Source: an uncultured Gemmatimonadaceae bacterium (GTDB lineage: Bacteria > Gemmatimonadota > Gemmatimonadetes > Gemmatimonadales > Gemmatimonadaceae). Taken from it: a DNA stretch of 64,000 nucleotides. Location: contig OY970320.1 of the NCBI GenBank assembly GCA_963716745.1, positions 1,920,001 to 1,984,000 of the forward strand, in the 5' to 3' direction. A program made the position numbers and the translations under genes. Shown here piece after piece: positions 1 through 10,052 of this stretch. The notes beneath the pieces were generated by a model that saw nothing but the letters and a program-made list of their open reading frames with translations, did not search any database and was not told the origin of the DNA. The stretch's first letter is position 1. The number at the start of each line of letters is the position of its first letter.

Positions 1-52
1 ATGATACGATGCTTGCGCGGCGCGTAGGGCCGCCGCATCTGTTCCCTCAGCG

Positions 53-425
53 CATGGGCGCCGGACGGTCGCGGTGGGCTCGTCCCACCGAGGAAAGTCC
101 GGGCACCACAGGGCAGATCGCCAGGTAACGCCTGGGCGCGCGCCGTCTCCGGATGTCGCGCGACGGACAGTGCCACAGAGAACAGACCGCCGGCGAGAGA
201 TCGCCGGTAAGGGTGAAACGGCGGGGTAAGAGCCCACCGCGCATCTGGCAACAGGTGCGGCACGGCAAACCCCGGTCGGTGCAAGGCCAAATAGGTGGCG
301 AGAGACGGCCCGTCTCGATCAAGACGCCACGGGTAGGCTGCTGGAGCACGCGAGCGATCGCGTGCCAAGAGAAATGATCGTCCCGGCCTCACGGCCGGAC
401 AGAACCCGGCTTACAGGCGCCCATG
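53..425 (+). ncRNA. rnpB: RNase P RNA (bacterial type A)
   Basis: Conserved GAGGAAAGTCCGGG, AGGGTGAAACGGCGGGGTAAGAGCCCACC and ACAGAACCCGGCTTA motifs; P1 helix CATGGGCGCC (53-62) pairs with GGCGCCCATG (416-425). Confidence 0.97.
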
Positions 426-430
426 TGATC

Positions 431-463
431 GAAGCCCCCGGCGGGATCTCCGCCGGGGGCTTC
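431..463. terminator. Hairpin terminator between convergent rnpB and dnaN
   Basis: Perfect 14-bp stem GAAGCCCCCGGCGG / CCGCCGGGGGCTTC. Confidence 0.75.
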
Positions 464-493
464 ATCGTCGCACCCACTGTTACCGCGTCGGGA

Positions 494-1607
494 TCAGTCC
501 ACGAGTCGCAGCGGCATCAACAGGCACAGGTACTTCCCGTTCTCATCCCACCCCACGGGCTCCACCGTCGCGGCGCGTTCCGGCGCCTTGAACGTCAATC
601 GCACCTCCTCGGTGGGCATGTAGCGGAGGATCTCGAGCAGGTACGTCGCATTGAAGCCGATCTCGAGCGAGTCGCCTTCGTAATTGATCGGCAACTCATC
701 CTGCGCTTCGCCCAGGTCCGGGGTCTGCACGCTCAGGCGCAGCAATCCGGAGTTGAACGCCATGCGAATGCGATGCGTCTGCTCGGACGCCACCACCGAC
801 ATGCGCTTGAGCACCTGCATGAGGCCGTTCTTGTCGGCGAGCGCCACCCGATCGTTGTCCTTCGGGATCACCTGGTCGTAGTTCGGATACGGACCTTCGA
901 TGAGCCGCGAGTACACCGCCGTGAACGGCGAGCGGAAGCCGAGGTGGTTGTCGCCGCGCGCGATCTCGAGTTCCTCCTCGGGTGGAAAGAGGCGACGGAT
1001 CTGTTCGAGCGCCTTCGGCGGCACGATGAAATCGCCAGCCGGCGCACCGGCCGTGCTGATCGGCAGCTCCATCTTGGCCAGCCGGTGGCCGTTGGTGGCG
1101 ACCATGCGCATCCGATCGGCCCGCAATTCCCACAACACGCCGTTCAGGATGGGCCGGCTCTCTTCGGTGGACGCTCCGAAGGCGGTGTGTGAGATCAACT
1201 TCTGCAGATCGGCCGATTTGACCCGCCAACTCTCGTTGAACCGCACCGATGGGAACGTCGGGAACTCATCGCGCGGAAGGCCCAGGAGCCGGAATCGTGA
1301 GCGGCCGCACTCGAGGCTCACCTTCTGCTCACCGGCGGTCGAGAATTTGACCGGCGCCGCCGGCAGCTCGCGAACGATCTCGCTCAGCTTCTTGGCCGGT
1401 ATCGTCGTCGCGCCCTGCGCATTCGACATCGGCCGTGAGCTCGGTGCTCACCGCCATGTCGAGATCCGTGGCCGACAATCGGATCCCGCGATCGGTGGTC
1501 TCCACCAGGATGTTCGCGAGCACCGGCAGTGTGGTCTTGGCCGGAACGCTCGCCGCAACCGCCAGGAGGCCGTCTTGGAGTTTCTCGCGTGCGATCGTGA
1601 AGCGCAT
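494..1607 (-). CDS. dnaN: DNA polymerase III beta sliding clamp, split by a 1-nt insertion near 1421 (probable sequencing error)
   Basis: N-terminus MRFTIAREKL...PVLANIL...ATDLD (ORF 1329..1607) joins ...GATTIPAKKL...VATNGHRLA...LLMPLRL (ORF 494..1429) if one base is removed; lies downstream of dnaA. Confidence 0.95.
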
Positions 1608-1619
1608 CCGCTCTTGTCT

Positions 1620-1800
1620 CCCGTCTATCCCCAGCGAGTGAGCACTCTAGTAGTTACTAGTCTATTAAAAGAAGAACAGCAGTAGTACTAGACCTTGGGC
1701 ATATGTGGAGCAACACCCGAACTCTGCACGGTGCAACGTAATGGCTCGAGATGCACCGCGTGGAATTCATGGGGAAGCGAAGAACTTCCCCCAACGGCGG
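1620..1800. other. oriC unwinding region (DnaA boxes, DnaA-trios, AT-rich segment)
   Basis: dnaA-dnaN intergenic region. Adjacent boxes TGGGCATAT (1696-1704) and TGTGGAGCA (1704-1712), a short GC spacer, a trio array AAA GAA GAA CAG CAG TAG TAC TAG (1668-1691) and an AT-rich tract (1647-1670). Confidence 0.8.
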
Positions 1801-1836
1801 CGCATCAGATGTGACCGAATTGCGTCCGCGTGTTGA

Positions 1837-3219
1837 TCACTGTTGAAGTTGCTGCAACGTTCCACGTAGCGCGAGTACCCGCTGTCCGAACGATTCATCG
1901 GCCTCGAGCGAGCGCTCCACCTTCTCGATGCTGTGGATGACCGTCGAGTGATCCCGGCCGCCGAATGCGTTGCCGATCTCGACCAGTTGGGTTCCCAAGA
2001 GCTCACGGATGAGGAACATCGCCACCTGGCGCGGCACGGTGAGGTGCTTCGTGCGGCTCGCGGAGCGCAGGCCATCGACGGTGACGCCCCACGCCTGCGC
2101 AACGGTCCGCTGGATCACCGCGGCCGTGAGGGCCGGCGTTCCGGTGAAGCCCTCACCCTCGCGCATCTTGTCGCGGAGCGCCTCCTGCGCGAGCTCGACG
2201 CTGATCTCCTGGCGTTTGAGCGACGCGTAAGCGAGCAGACGGATGATCGATCCCTCGAGCTCGCGCACGCTCGACCGGACATGCTCCGCGATGAATCGGA
2301 TCACATCGTCCGGGATCGTCTGCTCGAGATGATCGAGACTCGCCTTGTTGTGCAGGATGGCGATACGGTGCTCGAAGTCGGGCAACTCGATGTCGGCGAC
2401 CATGCCCCATTGGAACCGGCTGACCAAACGGGCTTCGAGTCCGGGTATCTCGAATGGCGGCCGGTCGCTCGTGAGCACGATCTGCCGGCCGGCCTCGTAG
2501 AGCGCGTTGAACGTATGGAAGAACTCTTCCTGCGTCGCTTCCTTCCCGCGCAGGAAGTGCACGTCGTCGACGAGCAGGAGATCGGTCTCCCGATAGCGGC
2601 GCCTGAAGGCCTGCGTCGAGCGCTCCTGGATCGATTGCACCAGTTCGTTCGTGAATTGCTCGGAGCCGACATACCGGATCCGCGTCTCTGGGGCACGGAG
2701 CAGTATGTCGTGCGCGACCGCCTGCATGAGATGCGTCTTCCCCAAGCCGGTGTCGCCGTAAATGAAAAGCGGATTGTAGACCTTCCCCGGGGCCGCCGCC
2801 GCGCCCTGCGCCGCTGCCGCTGCCAATTCGTTGGACTTTCCGATGACGAAGTTGCCGAACGTGTATCGTTCGCTCAGGCGCAGCACTTCGGCCTCGCGTG
2901 CCACGCGAAGACTCTTCGACTCCGGGGTCGGCGCCACGAAGAAATCCATCTGCGGCCGAGTACGCCGCTCCTCGTCCACCCGGAACGCGACGCTCAGCGG
3001 ATGGCCGAGTACGATCGGCGCGTAGCTCGCAAGCAGCGTCGCATGTTTGGAGTCATTCCATTCCGCGGCGAACCGATCGGGCGCCGTGACGATGATCGTA
3101 TCGCCTTCGAGGCCAATCGCTTGTGTCGGTTCGAGCCACGTCCTGAAGGTTTGCTCTGGCAGCTCAGCGCGTGCTCGGCTGAGAAGAAGTGACCAGATTT
3201 CAGGAGCGCTCAATGACAT
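1837..3219 (-). CDS. dnaA: Chromosomal replication initiator DnaA
   Basis: YTFGNFVIGKSN, YNPLFIYGDTGLGKTHL, QEEFFHTFN and GGRDHSTVIH motifs; ATG at 3219 preferred over the TTG at 3276. Confidence 0.98.
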   Translation of the reverse strand: MSLSAPEIWSLLLSRARAELPEQTFRTWLEPTQAIGLEGDTIIVTAPDRFAAEWNDSKHATLLASYAPIVLGHPLSVAFRVDEERRTRPQMDFFVAPTPESKSLRVAREAEVLRLSERYTFGNFVIGKSNELAAAAAQGAAAAPGKVYNPLFIYGDTGLGKTHLMQAVAHDILLRAPETRIRYVGSEQFTNELVQSIQERSTQAFRRRYRETDLLLVDDVHFLRGKEATQEEFFHTFNALYEAGRQIVLTSDRPPFEIPGLEARLVSRFQWGMVADIELPDFEHRIAILHNKASLDHLEQTIPDDVIRFIAEHVRSSVRELEGSIIRLLAYASLKRQEISVELAQEALRDKMREGEGFTGTPALTAAVIQRTVAQAWGVTVDGLRSASRTKHLTVPRQVAMFLIRELLGTQLVEIGNAFGGRDHSTVIHSIEKVERSLEADESFGQRVLALRGTLQQLQQ

Positions 3220-3247
3220 TCGCGGCGAGTGAGTGCGGGGGGACGCG

Positions 3248-3276
3248 AACCTAGAGATACGATGTGGAAAAGTCAA
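3248..3276 (-). promoter_or_regulatory. dnaA sigma70 promoter with an embedded DnaA box
   Basis: Minus-strand TTGACT-N17-TAGGTT; consensus box TTTTCCACA (3263-3271) lies in the spacer. Confidence 0.7.
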
Positions 3277-3396
3277 TGCGACGTTTTGGCTCTATCACAT
3301 GACAAGAAAGATGTGGCGCGATTCTGCAACGTGAATGAAGATGGAAGCGACGCGTAACCGCATCGTCACCACTTCATCCGCCGATTTCATCGAGTA

Positions 3397-3425
3397 TTGA
3401 CCCAACCGTTTGTCCCAACTACTTT
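3397..3425 (+). promoter_or_regulatory. rpmH operon sigma70 promoter
   Basis: TTGACC-N17-TACTTT upstream of rpmH. Confidence 0.65.
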
Positions 3426-3473
3426 TATAGGGTTGCACCTCAGACCGTCGATGATTTCCCGTGTGGAGTGTGT

Positions 3474-3638
3474 ATGGGCAAGCCAACTTATCGTCCCCGC
3501 AACAAGCGCCGTATCCGTACACACGGTTACCGCACGCGCATGGCGACCCGCTGGGGCCGCGAAGTCCTGAGCCGTCGTCGCAAGAAGGGGCGGAAGCGCC
3601 TCACTGTTCAGCTTCCTTCGAAGTACGCCGGCGCCTGA
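3474..3638 (+). CDS. rpmH: 50S ribosomal protein L34
   Basis: Translated by hand (below ORF-track cutoff): [43 protein letters not shown]...; divergent from dnaA. Confidence 0.97.
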   Translation: MGKPTYRPRNKRRIRTHGYRTRMATRWGREVLSRRRKKGRKRLTVQLPSKYAGA

Positions 3639-3666
3639 TCGCATCCGGTTCCCGCGATCGCGCCGT

Positions 3667-3993
3667 TTGGCGCGCTCGGCGGAGATCCGTCAGATCGCAC
3701 GAGAGGGGAAGCGTATCCGGACTGCGCACTGCGATGTGCGGGTCAGCGCTTCCCCTTTGTCGTTGGGGCGGGCCGGGATCATCGTGCCCAAATTCGGGCG
3801 AGACTCCGTCAAGCGGAATCTGGTGAAACGGCGGCTCTCGGAACTGGTGCGAAGCGACTTGCTCTCCGCTCTCCGGCATACCGACGTTCTCATCCGTGCG
3901 CGCCCGGAAGCATACGGCGCGAGCTTCGACGCGCTGCGAGAAGATGTGCGCGCGATCCGTCAGCGGATTGGAGCTCCTGACCCCTCGCCATGA
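3667..3993 (+). CDS. rnpA: RNase P protein component (true start may be slightly upstream)
   Basis: RAGIIVPK...[13 protein letters not shown] (RNR motif); position after rpmH. Confidence 0.92.
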   Translation: MARSAEIRQIAREGKRIRTAHCDVRVSASPLSLGRAGIIVPKFGRDSVKRNLVKRRLSELVRSDLLSALRHTDVLIRARPEAYGASFDALREDVRAIRQRIGAPDPSP

Positions 3994-4202
3994 TGCGTTG
4001 GCTTCTGATCTTCCCGATCCGGGCGTACCAAACGGTGCTCTCGCCGCTCTTGCCCCCGGCATGCCGTTATTATCCCAGTTGCTCCAACTACGCGATCGAA
4101 GCGATCGAGCGATACGGCGCCTGGCGCGGTGGGTGGATGGCGGCGCGCCGTATCGCGCGCTGTCACCCGTTCCGGCCTGGCGGATTCGATCCGGTCCCGT
4201 GA
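3990..4202 (+). CDS. yidD: Membrane protein insertion efficiency factor YidD
   Basis: [11 protein letters not shown]...RIARCHPF...GGFDPVP. Confidence 0.95.
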   Translation: MMRWLLIFPIRAYQTVLSPLLPPACRYYPSCSNYAIEAIERYGAWRGGWMAARRIARCHPFRPGGFDPVP

Positions 4203-4217
4203 CCTCACTGAGTCGAA

Positions 4218-5891
4218 ATGGATAAGCGCTTCTTCCTCGCGATCGCATTGGCGATCGGCGTAGTGCTGATCACTCCGAAACTCTTCCCGCCACCGCCGGC
4301 TCCCGTGCAGGTGACGGCGGATTCCGTTTCCACCCAGACGGGCGCGCCAGCCCCGGCTCCCGCACCGGCCGCGGCGTCGGCTGCCGGCCCGGCGTCGGCC
4401 CCGGCCGTGACGAGCCGCACGGTCGCGTCGCCCTCGACGTTCGAGCCTGAGACCACGAGCATCGAGACGCCGAAGGCGACGTTCCATTTCTCGAGCGCCG
4501 GCGCATCGCTCGTCGGCGCGACGCTCGACGACTACACCGTCTTGCCGAAGCGAGACCACCAGGTCGAGCTCGGGCGGCGCGGTGGCGCGCTCGTCACGTA
4601 TCGGCTGATCCAGGGCACCGACACGCTCGATCTGCGATCGCTGCGCTTCCGCGTGCAGCCGGGAACGGCATCTGCGACGACCGGGGTGCGCTTCGACGGC
4701 GACGCACCCAACGCCGCGCTCTCACTGCAGTACACGTTCGTCGCCGACAGCTATCTCGTGCACGTTGCCGGCGCGGTGACGTCGAAGGGAGCCTCCAAGA
4801 CGTCCGCGCTGATCGGGGTCGTGCTGCCGCAGGGACTCGCCTCCGCCGAGGCGGACACGATCGACGATCACCGCATGCTGGCATTCGTGGTGAAGCCCAT
4901 CGCGGACGATGCGGAGAGCGTGCCCTTCAGCAAGGTGGTGAAGAAGGGCGTCATCGAGCAGGCGGGGCCGTTCGATTGGGTCGCGAGCAAGAGCAAGTAT
5001 TTCCTGCTCGCGGTCATGGCTCCGCCGAAGGGACAGTTTGCCGGGCCGGCGCTGTTCACCGCGCCGCCGTCCACCGAGAAGGCGCCCTCGGTGGCCACGG
5101 GCGAAGTGATCGTCGCGCCGGATTCGGCGGGACGCTTCGCCTTCGAGATCTACGCCGGACCGCAGCAGTGGCGCCGCCTCGTCGCACTCGGTCACGGGTT
5201 GGAGCATGCGAATCCGTACGGCGGATTCCTGCGCGCCGTGGTGCAGCCGTTTGCGACATTCGTGATGACGGTGCTCCTGTGGATGCACGACAAGCTGCAG
5301 CTGAATTATGGCTGGGTGCTCGTGATCTTCGGCGTCGGCATCCGCCTGTTGCTGTGGCCGTTGAATCAGAGTGCGATGCGGAGCAGTCTGCGGATGCAAC
5401 GGATCCAGCCGGAGCTGCAGGCGTTGCAGGCGAAGTACAAGCAGAATCCGGAGAAGATGCAGGCGGAGTACATGAAGCTGCTCAAGGACAACGGGATGAC
5501 GCCGTTCAGTCAGTTCACCGGCTGTCTGCCGATGCTGATCCCGATGCCGGTGCTCTTCGCGCTGTTCTTCGTGTTCCAGAACACGATCGAATTCCGCGGC
5601 GTGTCGTTCCTCTGGCTCGCGGACATCTCGCAGAAGGATCCGTACTACATCCTGCCGGTCGCGATGGGCCTGTCGATGTTCCTCCTGTCGTGGATCGGCC
5701 TGCGGAACTCTCCGCCGAACCCACAGGCGAAGATGTTCGGCTACATGATGCCGGCGATGATGACGGTGTTCTTCCTGAATTTCCCGGCTGGGCTGAATCT
5801 CTACTACGCGGTGCAGAACCTCGCCGCGCTCCCCCAGCAATGGTTGATCGCCAAGGAGCGGGCGAAGAACCCGCGGCCTCAATCGCCGTAG
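4218..5891 (+). CDS. yidC: Membrane protein insertase YidC
   Basis: NYGWVLV...IRLLLWPL, GCLPMLIPMP, FLWLADIS.KDPYYILP, PAGLNLYY; conserved synteny. Confidence 0.97.
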   Translation: MDKRFFLAIALAIGVVLITPKLFPPPPAPVQVTADSVSTQTGAPAPAPAPAAASAAGPASAPAVTSRTVASPSTFEPETTSIETPKATFHFSSAGASLVGATLDDYTVLPKRDHQVELGRRGGALVTYRLIQGTDTLDLRSLRFRVQPGTASATTGVRFDGDAPNAALSLQYTFVADSYLVHVAGAVTSKGASKTSALIGVVLPQGLASAEADTIDDHRMLAFVVKPIADDAESVPFSKVVKKGVIEQAGPFDWVASKSKYFLLAVMAPPKGQFAGPALFTAPPSTEKAPSVATGEVIVAPDSAGRFAFEIYAGPQQWRRLVALGHGLEHANPYGGFLRAVVQPFATFVMTVLLWMHDKLQLNYGWVLVIFGVGIRLLLWPLNQSAMRSSLRMQRIQPELQALQAKYKQNPEKMQAEYMKLLKDNGMTPFSQFTGCLPMLIPMPVLFALFFVFQNTIEFRGVSFLWLADISQKDPYYILPVAMGLSMFLLSWIGLRNSPPNPQAKMFGYMMPAMMTVFFLNFPAGLNLYYAVQNLAALPQQWLIAKERAKNPRPQSP

Positions 5892-5892
5892 C

Positions 5893-7278
5893 GTGAACGG
5901 CCGCGTCGCCACTGCCGGGTGCCGAGGACACGATCGTCGCGCTGGCGACGCCGCCGGGCCGGAGCGCGCTGGCGATCGTTCGTGTGAGCGGCCGCGCGGC
6001 GCGAGAGATCGGCGCCGCGGTGCTCGACCCGTTCCACTGGGATGCCGGTCGCAGCTATCTCACGTTCGCTGCGCACGCCGGGTTCCGCCACCGCGATCGA
6101 TCGCGTGATGGCGAGCGTGCACGTCGCGCCGCACTCATTCACCGGCGAAGACACGATCGAGCTGACCACGCACGGCGGATCGTTCGTGCCCGCGCTCGCC
6201 TACGACGCGCTGATCGCCGCCGGCGCGCGCGCGGCGCTGCCCGGAGAATTCAGCCGTCGCGCCGTGGCCAACGGGAAGTTCGACCTCCTGCAGGCCGAGG
6301 CGATCGCGGATCTCATCGAAGCCCGCTCCGCGGTCGCGCATCGCATCGGCGCTGCATCAGCTCGACGGCGGCCTCACCCGCCGGATCGCGGCGTTACGCC
6401 AGGATGTCATCGCCCTCGAGGCGCTCCTCGCATACGAGATCGACTTTCCGGAAGAAGACGAAGGCCCGGCGCCGCGCGAACGCGCCACGGCGCGCAGCGA
6501 AGCGCTGCTTGCCGCGCTCGACCAGCTCCTTTCGAGCGCGCACACGGGCGAGATCGTTCGTGAGGGCGCGATTGTCGTGCTCGCGGGAGCACCGAACAGC
6601 GGCAAGTCCTCGCTCTTCAACGCGCTCGTGGGCGCCACGCGCGCGATCGTGACCGATGTACCCGGCACGACGCGCGATGCGCTCGAAGCCATGGTCGAGA
6701 TGGACGGTTGGCCGGTACGGCTGATCGACACGGCCGGCTTGCGCGACGCGACAGCGGATCAGGTCGAGCGGCTGGGCATCGAAGTGGCGCATCGGTACCT
6801 CGGACGAGCCGATGTGGTGCTCGTCTGCTCGGACGACCCGAGCGCGCTGCCCGGCGTGATGGAACAGATCGCCGGGCTGAGCGAGGCGCCGCGCGTCGGT
6901 CTGCGCACGAAGATCGATTTAGTATCAACAAGTGACTTAAAAGCATCCGCGGCGCGGGAATGTGTCGTGGTGAGCGCCGTCACGGGCCAGGGACTGCGTG
7001 ATCTTACGGAGGCGATCGCCGCGTTATTGGCAGCCGGTCTGCCGCCGGCGGAAGGCGCCGCCGGTTTGCTCACCCGCGAGCGGCACAAGCGATCGGTCGC
7101 GCGCGCACGTGCCGAGGTGGCGGCGTTCCGCGAGGCGTGGGTCTCGGGATCGCTCCCGGCGCCGGTGGCCGCGGTACATCTCCGGTCGGCCGCCGATGCG
7201 CTCGAGGAATTGATCGGCGTCGTCGAGCGGAATGAGGTGCTCGACGAGGTGTTCCGCTCATTCTGTATCGGGAAGTAG
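5893..7278 (+). CDS. mnmE: tRNA modification GTPase MnmE, three +1 frameshifts (~5896, ~6065, ~6348; probable sequencing errors)
   Basis: Pieces in successive frames: DTIVALATPPGRSALAIVRVSG; SFTGED...HGG...PGEFSRRAVANGKFDLLQAE; IDFPEE; GAPNSGKSSL, PGTTRD, DTAG, FCIGK. Confidence 0.93.
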
Positions 7279-7283
7279 CGCTG

Positions 7284-7928
7284 CTACCGGGTTCCGAAGA
7301 GTCGGTCGCCGGCGTCGCCGAGGCCGGGAAGGATGTAGCCATTCTCATTGAGCTCGCGATCGAGCGCCGCGGTGACGATCCGGACGTCGGGGCAATCGGC
7401 CGCCATGCGCTGCACGCCCTCGGGCGCCGCGACGAGGCAGAGCATTCGGATCCGCACCGCCCCGACGCGCTGCAGCGACCGAACGGCGGACACGGCGCTC
7501 CCTCCGGTCGCGAGCATCGGATCGAGCAGGAAGAATTCGCGCTCCGCCGCATCGCCAGGGACCTTGAAGTAGTAGTCCACCGGTTGGAGCGTGTCGTGGT
7601 CGCGATACAGTCCGATATGTCCGACGCGTGCGGACGGTACGAGGCGCAGCACCCCCTCGACCATTCCCAATCCAGCACGTAGTATCGGAACGAGCGTCAG
7701 CTTCTTGCCGGCGACGCGCCATTGCGTCGTGGACTCGAGCGGGGTCTCGACCGTCGCCGCCTCGAGCGTGAGGTCGCGCATCGCGTCGTAGGCGAGGAGC
7801 ATCGCGATCTCTTCGACGAGCTCCTTGAACAGCTTCGTCGGCGTCGCGCGGTCGCGAAGGATCGCGAGCTTGTGCTTGACCAGCGGGTGATCCGAGACGG
7901 AGAGGTTCGGGAACGTCGATGCGGGCAT
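7284..7928 (-). CDS. upp: Uracil phosphoribosyltransferase
   Basis: [38 protein letters not shown]. Confidence 0.97.
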   Translation of the reverse strand: MPASTFPNLSVSDHPLVKHKLAILRDRATPTKLFKELVEEIAMLLAYDAMRDLTLEAATVETPLESTTQWRVAGKKLTLVPILRAGLGMVEGVLRLVPSARVGHIGLYRDHDTLQPVDYYFKVPGDAAEREFFLLDPMLATGGSAVSAVRSLQRVGAVRIRMLCLVAAPEGVQRMAADCPDVRIVTAALDRELNENGYILPGLGDAGDRLFGTR

Positions 7929-7987
7929 GCGGACAACTTACGGCGGGTGAGTCGATGAATGAATACCGGACGGCGGCGCGCTGAACG

Positions 7988-9370
7988 ATGGACATCACAT
8001 TCATCGGCGCGGCGCAGGAAGTGACGGGCTCGTGTCATCTCGTGCACGTCAACGGCAAAACGGTCATGCTCGACTGCGGGCTCTTCCAAGGGCGCCGGCA
8101 GGAGGCGCAAGCGAAGAACCTGCAAATGCCGGTGGATCCCGGGACGATCGACGCAATCGTGCTCTCACATGCGCACATGGACCACTCGGGCCGGCTGCCT
8201 CTGCTCGCGGGGCACGGATACGGCCAGAAGATCTGGTCGACACCGGCGACGCGGGATCTGTGCGCCCTCATGCTCCAGGATTCGGCGCGCATCCAGGAGA
8301 AGGATGCGGAGTTCCTCGCACGGCACCATCGCGACGCGGTGCCGCCGCTCTACACGGAGGCCGACGCGACGAAGGCCACCGGCCTGCTCTGCACTGTTCC
8401 GTACGCACAGGATTTCAGCGTCCTCGATGGCGTGCGCGCGAGCTACGTCGACGCCGGACACATCCTCGGCTCAGCATCCGTGATCGTCGACTGCGAAGAG
8501 GGCGGTCGGAACCGCCGCATCGTATTCTCCGGCGATATCGGCCGGAAAGGGATGCCGATCATCGCCGACCCGGTGCCACCCGAGGGCGCGAACGTCGTGA
8601 TCATGGAGTCCACCTATGGCGACCGGGATCATGGGCTGATCGACGAATCGCGCGAAGAACTGGCGCGGGTGATCCGGGACACCGCTGCCAAGGGGGGCAA
8701 GGTACTGATTCCCGCGTTCGCGCTCGGGCGCACGCAGGAGATCCTGTATGACCTGCGGAATCTGCAGCTCGCCGGTCGCGTGCCCGTGATCCCGGTCTAC
8801 ATCGACAGCCCCCTCGCGATCAGCATCACCGACGTCTTCCGGATGCACCCGGAGGTATTCGACAGCACCGAGAAGATGATCGCGTCCGCCACGAAGTTCC
8901 TCGACTTCCCGCTGCTTACGTACACGCCGACCGTGGAGGAGTCGAAGGCGCTGAACTCGCTGCACGGACCGGCGATCATCGTCGCGGCGTCGGGGATGGC
9001 GGAAGCCGGCAGGATCCTGCATCATCTCGCGAACGGAGCGGGGGATCCGAAGAACACGATCCTGATCGTCGGCTATCAGGCGGAGAACACGCTCGGGCGC
9101 CGCATCGTGGAGAAACAGCGCACGTTGAAGATCTTCGGCCAGGACGTCCCATTGCGGGCGCGCGTCGAGGTCCTCGATGGCTATAGTGCGCACGCCGACC
9201 GCACCGGGCTGCGAGAGTGGCTGCTCGCGGTGCGCGCGAAATCGCCCGCGCTGGAACAGGTCTATCTCGTACATGGTGAGCCGCCGGCGCAGGCGGCGCT
9301 CTCGGCGGCGCTCTCCGCCGACGGATTCAAGGTGTCCTGCCCGGCGCCGCACACCAAAGTGGCCGTGTGA
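7988..9370 (+). CDS. MBL-fold beta-CASP metallo-hydrolase (RNA-processing type)
   Basis: GAAQEVTGSC, SHAHMDHSG, AGHILGS, MESTYG, YSAHAD, VHGE. Confidence 0.9.
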   Translation: MDITFIGAAQEVTGSCHLVHVNGKTVMLDCGLFQGRRQEAQAKNLQMPVDPGTIDAIVLSHAHMDHSGRLPLLAGHGYGQKIWSTPATRDLCALMLQDSARIQEKDAEFLARHHRDAVPPLYTEADATKATGLLCTVPYAQDFSVLDGVRASYVDAGHILGSASVIVDCEEGGRNRRIVFSGDIGRKGMPIIADPVPPEGANVVIMESTYGDRDHGLIDESREELARVIRDTAAKGGKVLIPAFALGRTQEILYDLRNLQLAGRVPVIPVYIDSPLAISITDVFRMHPEVFDSTEKMIASATKFLDFPLLTYTPTVEESKALNSLHGPAIIVAASGMAEAGRILHHLANGAGDPKNTILIVGYQAENTLGRRIVEKQRTLKIFGQDVPLRARVEVLDGYSAHADRTGLREWLLAVRAKSPALEQVYLVHGEPPAQAALSAALSADGFKVSCPAPHTKVAV

Positions 9371-9957
9371 CGAGCGGCACCGTGCACGGCCGCGGGACGG
9401 ACGACGGGATCGGCGCCGCCGAGCGGATCCTGCGCTCGGCGATCGCCGAGCTGGTGCTCCACGGTGCGGGCGCGCTTGCGATGCACGAGATCGCCGATCG
9501 CGCCGGCGTGAGCAAGGGCCTCATCCATTACCACTATCACGACAAGGACGCGATGCTGGCGCGCGCGGCCGAGCGGCTGGGCGATCGGATCGCGGCGCGC
9601 GGCCGGGGCGCGATCGTCCTCGCACGAGCGGGCACCATCGTGGGCGACATGCGTGAATGGCTGCGGTCCGAACTCCGGCTCGGTGAATGGCGCGCCCTGA
9701 TCTCTCTTGGCGAGTGGCCGGCGCCGGTGGTGCGGGATGCTGCGCACGCGGCGGTCGAGGCCCGGCGCGACATGATGGAGGAATTGGCCGCGACGATGTA
9801 TGCGCGGCTCGGCACCCGGCCTCGCATTGCGGCCGCACAGGCGGGCGAACTGCTCACTGCGCTCGTGAGCGGCCTCGCGGCCGAGCCCGATGCGGATCGC
9901 GATCCGAGCGACGCATTCGACGTGCTCATCCTCGCGCTGTTGCAACTGGCGGAGTGA
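9367..9957 (+). CDS. TetR/AcrR family regulator
   Basis: HTH: EIADRAGVSKGLIHYHY; GTGA overlap with the upstream gene. Confidence 0.85.
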   Translation: MTSGTVHGRGTDDGIGAAERILRSAIAELVLHGAGALAMHEIADRAGVSKGLIHYHYHDKDAMLARAAERLGDRIAARGRGAIVLARAGTIVGDMREWLRSELRLGEWRALISLGEWPAPVVRDAAHAAVEARRDMMEELAATMYARLGTRPRIAAAQAGELLTALVSGLAAEPDADRDPSDAFDVLILALLQLAE

Positions 9958-10052
9958 GCGGTGACCGGCGAGCCTTGCCATCGCCGCGGCGGGTTCCGAC
10001 ATTCACGCACGTCGTCAACGGGCACGATGGACCGTCTCTCGGGGGATTCAGG

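Noticed and set aside
1329..1607. Programmed frameshifting in dnaN or mnmE
   Set aside because: No slippery heptamer or stimulatory structure, and similar +1 insertions occur in unrelated genes; sequencing error is more parsimonious.
6915..6945. AT-rich patch inside mnmE (TTTAGTATCAACAAGTGACTTAAAA) as a dif, IHF or TetR site
   Set aside because: Only a half-site of the GTCAC-N6-GTGAC operator and an imperfect IHF match; not dif-like; cannot be supported.
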